Assembly: GCA_043754515.1 (NCBI GenBank)
Contig: JAYUUO010000141.1
Coordinates: 1 to 11,944, forward strand
Direction: 5' to 3'
Origin: Armatimonadota bacterium
GTDB taxonomy: Bacteria; Armatimonadota; Armatimonadia; Armatimonadales; Armatimonadaceae
DNA length: 11,944 bases
The notes under the pieces are model-generated. The model ran no database searches. It was not told where the DNA came from and saw only the letters and a program-made list of their open reading frames with translations. Within the stretch, counting starts at the first letter, position 1. Each line of letters begins with the position of its first letter. Made by a program: the position numbers and the translations under genes. Positions 7,965-11,944 of this stretch are shown piece by piece.

Positions 7965-8671
7965 TTGCGGCGGCATAGCACCTGATACTGTGTGCCGAGC
8001 GGCAGATGCGCGAGTTTCGGCTCCAGCGGGCGCAGGAACCCGAGCACGCGCGGGAAGATGAACTGAAAATCGGTGCGCAGGATCTCGAACCCGCCGTGTT
8101 CACGGAGCATCGCGTGCGCGGTGTGATGCGTGAGCGGGATCGCGTCGGTGTCGAACGGGCACCGGCTCATCACATAGCGGGTCGCGGGCGAGAGCCAGTT
8201 GTTCTCCCAGAGCGCAAACCAGCCGCCCGGTTTTAGCGCGTCGTGGACACAGCACAGCGCGGTCTGCCGCTCGGCGAGCGGGATGTGATGAAACACGCCG
8301 TTGGTGAAAACGCCGTCCATGTCGCCGGACGGCGTGTACTGGTCCAGCGCGAAGTACGCCGCCCTCGGGTCGCCGTGTTCCCTTGACGCGACCCGGATCG
8401 AGGCGGCGGATATGTCAACGCCGACCACGCGATCCGCGCCCATCTCGGACAGAAGGAACGGCGTCGCGGAGCCGGTCCCGCACCCGTAGTCGAGCACCGC
8501 GAGCGGCGCGCCCGGCGCGGTACTCCTGCCGACATACCGCGCGGTCCAGGTGATGCGCCCGCGCGCGAAAAAGTTTTTGTCCTCGCCGGAGACAGAAATG
8601 CCCTTCGCGAGTGCCGAGTCGTATTCTTCGGCGTATCGGTCGAATTCGGCTGTGATGCTGGTGTCGGTCAT
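7961..8671 (-). CDS. Class I SAM-dependent methyltransferase, 236 aa
   Basis: Motif I VLDYGCGTG, VVGVDIS, VFHHIP and LKPGG. Confidence 0.9.
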   Translation of the reverse strand: MTDTSITAEFDRYAEEYDSALAKGISVSGEDKNFFARGRITWTARYVGRSTAPGAPLAVLDYGCGTGSATPFLLSEMGADRVVGVDISAASIRVASREHGDPRAAYFALDQYTPSGDMDGVFTNGVFHHIPLAERQTALCCVHDALKPGGWFALWENNWLSPATRYVMSRCPFDTDAIPLTHHTAHAMLREHGGFEILRTDFQFIFPRVLGFLRPLEPKLAHLPLGTQYQVLCRRK

Positions 8672-8994
8672 AGGGAGTTAACGCGGCAACGTTGTCGGTG
8701 GAGTCGGTGGAAAAGCCGTTGCTCCGATTAAGATACCACGAACCGCCTCCGGGTGAAAACGTGCCGTCTGCGGAAGGCTGTAAGCATGAAAGTGGTGCGG
8801 GATGGGGTTGTGAAGTTGACGCTTCATTTCCGAAGCCCGCGCCGGTAGCCGAGCCCCCTTACAGGCTTCCTGATCGGGGGGAACCGCCCGTGCTACTTCG
8901 CCCATGTGCCCGAACGCATGCCAAAAATCTAAAATCCGCGTGGCCCTCGGGGAGCGCGTCCGCGCCAGATCTCAGAGCCATGCCGCCCCATCCC

Positions 8995-9180
8995 CTAGGG
9001 AAACGACGCTCCCCGCCGTGAGTGAACCGCCATCGCTCGCCAACGCCTTGAGGCGACTCGGGTCACTCGCGGTCCCGCGGTGAGTTCCTCGACCTCGAAC
9101 AGGGTAGGCGGGCTTCGGGCGGTAGCGTCGAGGGGTTGCTCGAAAAGCACCTGAAGGAGGTTCTTAGTTTCTTGTGTCAT
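8995..9180 (-). CDS. Small hypothetical ORF (61 aa), possibly a degraded remnant
   Basis: ATG 9180 lies 7 nt downstream of an extended -10-like TGgCATAAT (9188-9196). The N-terminal half looks protein-like and the Arg-rich C-terminal half looks out of frame. Confidence 0.3.
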   Translation of the reverse strand: MTQETKNLLQVLFEQPLDATARSPPTLFEVEELTAGPRVTRVASRRWRAMAVHSRRGASFP

Positions 9181-9446
9181 GCCCCGAATTATGCCAGAAG
9201 TCAAGGCAAAAACGAAATCGTTTCCTCACAGAAATGCGACAGGATGCCCCCTCCAAGCCTTCACACAAACGCCTGCATTTTGTGGTTTAGGCAGTGGTAA
9301 CTGACCAATCAAATGCGCTTGCACTGCTCATCCAAAACGGACTATGGCAATCTAACGTTTTGTGTGATGGAATAGCAACTGTAACTTGCGTAGCTTTGCA
9401 AGCAACACGCCGCTCTTTCCTTTCACACTCGCATCAGGAGAACCCG

Positions 9447-10105
9447 ATGAACCCGGTTAATATTCCCACGCCTCCCGAAGGTAGCGTGACAGTGTTCGGT
9501 TCCGCTACACTGCGTGTCGCGCCCGATACCGCGTCATTTGTTCTCACCGTGTCGCGCGTTGACCCGAAGCCCGAAGCGGCATTCGCGCAAGCACGCAAAG
9601 GGGCACAGACGGTCAGTACGCATCTACGTCAAACGCGGGTGGAAGACTTCGGTTCCTCGAAGGTCACTCTTGATACGGAAACGCAATATTCTTAAGTAAG
9701 TCTTCTGGCTATCGGGCGAAAATCAGTTTCAACATCGTTTTGCGCGACCTGGACACGGTGGAAACTATCCTCACCGGTGTCGTCGCGGCGGGCGCACACG
9801 AACTGACATCGGTGACGTTTGAAACCACGTGTCTCAAAGAGCTGCGCGCCGAAGCACGACAGCGCGCCGTTGCCGCCGCCCGCGCAAAAGCCGAACTTTA
9901 CTGCGCCGCCGCCGGGGTGAACATCGGCAACGTGTTTAGCATTGAGTACGTCAGCCCGGACACACTCAGCGGACGCCGCGAGGGGCATTCCTACCGCGAA
10001 GGAGCACCCATTGATGACACCGGCGAACCCGGTGCCATTGATCCGAGTTCCATCACCGTCGCGGCGGCGGTCACTATCGTCTACCGGATACAGAACGCCG
10101 CGTAA
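9447..10105 (+). pseudogene. SIMPL / DUF541 domain protein, frameshifted near 9690-9705
   Basis: AGGAG (9436-9440) precedes ATG 9447. The N-half has VTVFGSATLRVAPDTA and stops at TAA 9693-9695. The C-half continues in another frame as GYRAKISFNIVLRDL...LRAEARQRAVAAARAKAELYCAAAGVNIG...ITVAAAVTIVY, which is typical of SIMPL. Confidence 0.8.
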
Positions 10106-10171
10106 ACGGTGGGCGCGACCGGTGACACGCAAACGCTAGTGACGAGGCTCGCGCCGTCCGCGCGGGTCTCG

Positions 10172-10429
10172 CTATGCGAAAGCCACGGGGCGTGCCGCGC
10201 CGAAGTGCGCCGCAGGCACGGGGTGTCCCGCAGCCGACACGCGCTCGGTCCAGTCACGCTTCGCCTCCGCGAGCAGGCTAAACGCCTCCTCGCGGCCCTC
10301 CGCATCCACGGCGCAACCGACCAGCGACGGAATAGATGCGACGTACGCCTCATCGTCATAGGAGTAATACGACACAACCTCGTAGCCGTCCAGAACAGTG
10401 TGCTTAATTTCCGCCTTCAAGCCATCCAT
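10172..10429 (-). CDS. hicB: HicB-family antitoxin, short form (about 85 aa) without an evident C-terminal DNA-binding domain
   Basis: Y..DDEAYVASIPSLVGC....EEAFSLLAEAKRDW......GHPVP is the HicB partial RNase H-fold signature. The gene overlaps the end of hicA. The start at ATG 10429 is inferred. Confidence 0.85.
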   Translation of the reverse strand: MDGLKAEIKHTVLDGYEVVSYYSYDDEAYVASIPSLVGCAVDAEGREEAFSLLAEAKRDWTERVSAAGHPVPAAHFGAARPVAFA

Positions 10430-10685
10430 CCTTATCTTCCCCCACAAACAGTTCGAGGGTTTGCAAAACCTGTTCAAGTTGATACGCCTTCACTATCCCT
10501 TCACGGTTCGGTTGAAGGGCGAATACGGCGGCTATCTGCGGATGCTGGAACTTATGATGGCTCTCGGTGCCGCCGACCTCAACGAAGCCTAGCCATTCAA
10601 GATAAGAAATCAACGTGTCAAAATCAATGGCATTTCTGGATCGCCCGCTGAAAATCTTCTCGTAGAACTTGCCCCATTTAGCCAT
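10404..10685 (-). CDS. hicA: HicA-family toxin (dsRBD-like mRNA interferase), 93 aa
   Basis: F..L...LEWLGF.....ESHHKFQHP.....LQP.....KAYQLEQV pattern, located directly upstream of hicB. Confidence 0.85.
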   Translation of the reverse strand: MAKWGKFYEKIFSGRSRNAIDFDTLISYLEWLGFVEVGGTESHHKFQHPQIAAVFALQPNREGIVKAYQLEQVLQTLELFVGEDKDGWLEGGN

Positions 10686-10696
10686 TGCTTAGTTCA

Positions 10697-10725
10697 ACTA
10701 TAGCAAGCAGAAGCCATTCCGTCAA
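10697..10725 (-). promoter_or_regulatory. Sigma70-type hicAB promoter TTGACG-N17-TATAGT with extended TG
   Basis: -35 at 10720-10725 and -10 at 10697-10702, preceded by TGc. Only 11 nt separate the -10 box from ATG 10685. Confidence 0.75.
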
Positions 10726-10887
10726 CGATGAACCCAGGTTATATTTGGTAATGAGGCAATAAATGATCCGACTGGCCCGTTTCTTCCGCACCTCCGGTTC
10801 CCACGCGAGACACAAGGCAGTCAGCGGAGAATTGCCCATCCCGCACGCACGGCCCGAAGTCAATCCGCGGTAAAATACCGGCAACCT

Positions 10888-11802
10888 ATGAGCGCGAACA
10901 CGGGAACCGGAATACCATTCGACGTGTCGCTGAAATCTCTGATCAGCGATAACCCGAAGGACTGGCTGTCCCTGTTCGATCTGCCGCCGGGCGTGCCGAT
11001 CGTCGCGCTGGATGGGGAAGTCTCTGGCATCAGCCTCGCCGCCGACCGACTATTCAAGATCGGGAGCGGCAGGAGTGCCTACGGGTTGCACGCGGAACTC
11101 GAATCGGGACATACGGGCAAGGCACTGCCACGCCGGTTGCTGGAGTACAGTGTGTTCGCGGAGGCGAAGCACAAGTTGCTGTTCCGGTCGGTCGCGGTGC
11201 TACTCACGAAAGGTGCGAACAGCCCGTCGCTCACCGGGTGGCTGGAGCGGCGGCTACCGGATGGCACGCTGGTGCATTCGTTCCATTATGACGTGATCCG
11301 GGTGTATGAAATCCCGGCGGAAGAGCTACTGCTCAGCGGCGTGTCGGTCGTGTCGGTCGTGCCGCTGGGCACGGTTCCTGCGAACGGGTTGGCTCGTATC
11401 GTGGAAGCGATGGGGGAACGGTTTCGGGCGGAGGCGAAGGACCGGGACGAGTTGCGCCGGTTGTGGACGGCGTCCTGGCTGCTGATGAGCGCGCGGTATT
11501 CGCCGGGTTTGGCGGAAACACTGTTGAAAGGGGCGGTAGAGGCTATGTTAAAACTGGAAGATTTTCCTCTGTACAATTACCTGCAAGAAAAAGGCGCGGT
11601 TCAGGGGCGCCAGCAGGGACTGGAGCAGGGACGTGTGGAAGGCGTACGTGACACGATTCTGCGCATAGGGGCGCGCCGGTTCGGCGAACCCACCGAGGCA
11701 ACTCGCGCCGCGCTCACCGACATTTCGGACTACGAGCGATTAGAAGCCTTCGTGGAACGCCTCTTCGAGGTCGAGTCGTGGCAGGAACTGCTTGCGGCTT
11801 AG
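10888..11802 (+). CDS. Rpn family recombination-promoting nuclease / putative transposase with DUF4351-like C-terminus, 304 aa
   Basis: FDVSLKSL, ADRLF, LHAELES and PRRLLEY motifs, followed by (Q/E)G repeats QGRQQGLEQGRVEG and the tail RRFG...ISDYERLE...RLFEVESWQELL. Confidence 0.82.
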   Translation: MSANTGTGIPFDVSLKSLISDNPKDWLSLFDLPPGVPIVALDGEVSGISLAADRLFKIGSGRSAYGLHAELESGHTGKALPRRLLEYSVFAEAKHKLLFRSVAVLLTKGANSPSLTGWLERRLPDGTLVHSFHYDVIRVYEIPAEELLLSGVSVVSVVPLGTVPANGLARIVEAMGERFRAEAKDRDELRRLWTASWLLMSARYSPGLAETLLKGAVEAMLKLEDFPLYNYLQEKGAVQGRQQGLEQGRVEGVRDTILRIGARRFGEPTEATRAALTDISDYERLEAFVERLFEVESWQELLAA

Positions 11803-11848
11803 GATAGGAGTTACGCGGTTGGCGGTTTCGGATGCCCGGATCTGTTCG

Positions 11849-11871
11849 TCCCACCCGCAAGCGGGTACCCG
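11849..11871 (+). repeat. 23-nt REP-like palindromic motif TCCCACCCGCAAGCGGGTACCCG, with a second inverted copy at 7161-7183
   Basis: 22 of 23 positions are identical to the reverse complement of 7161-7183. The only difference is in the hairpin loop. Confidence 0.8.
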
Positions 11872-11905
11872 ACATCCGGCGCGGAACGCATCTAGACAGA
11901 CAATC

Positions 11906-11923
11906 GTCAAAACAAGTTTTGAC
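11906..11923. promoter_or_regulatory. Perfect 8-2-8 palindrome GTCAAAAC-AA-GTTTTGAC, candidate operator overlapping a TTGACT -35-like hexamer
   Basis: AT-rich dyad directly seen in GC-rich intergenic DNA. The target gene lies outside the window. Confidence 0.45.
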
Positions 11924-11944
11924 TGTACTTGTTTCGCCGATGAC

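Noticed and set aside
8678..9021. ORFs 8678..8905 (-) and 8692..9021 (+)
   Set aside because: They have no motif, no SD and low-complexity composition, so they were treated as intergenic or decayed sequence.
10112..10155. GGCGCGA...TCGCGCC as a terminator between SIMPL and hicB
   Set aside because: The stem is only 7 bp with a 30-nt loop and no U-tract, which is within chance for this GC content.
10109..10651. 180-aa + strand ORF and other long shadow ORFs (for example 3861..4472, 6082..6702, 9692..10132)
   Set aside because: They are antisense to well-supported genes and are typical of high-GC codon bias.
11600..11643. Short tandem repeats CAGGG... in rpn as a CRISPR or VNTR
   Set aside because: They encode the (Q/E)G-x-x repeats typical of Rpn C-termini. 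No repeat-spacer array exists anywhere in the window.

Overview
GC-rich bacterial chromosomal window of mostly housekeeping genes with an accessory right end. In order: a restriction-endonuclease-like gene broken by one in-frame TGA, a small membrane protein, a translationally coupled alpha/beta-hydrolase and CE4 polysaccharide deacetylase pair (- strand), a probably leaderless glycogen debranching enzyme, a CitA-like citrate synthase, a coupled SAM methyltransferase and uracil-DNA glycosylase pair, a frameshifted SIMPL/DUF541 gene, a hicAB toxin-antitoxin module, and a divergent Rpn-family nuclease with a likely internal antitoxin start. The features not explained by these genes are non-coding. 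The main one is a 252-nt foldback (7043-7294) with a 47-bp closing stem, a nested 13-bp stem and strand-biased G-U pairs. There is also a perfect 36-bp inverted repeat (5590-5693) that includes a stop codon, and a 23-nt palindromic motif present both inside the foldback and after rpn. All calls come from reading the sequence and recalling family motifs; no searches or folding were run.
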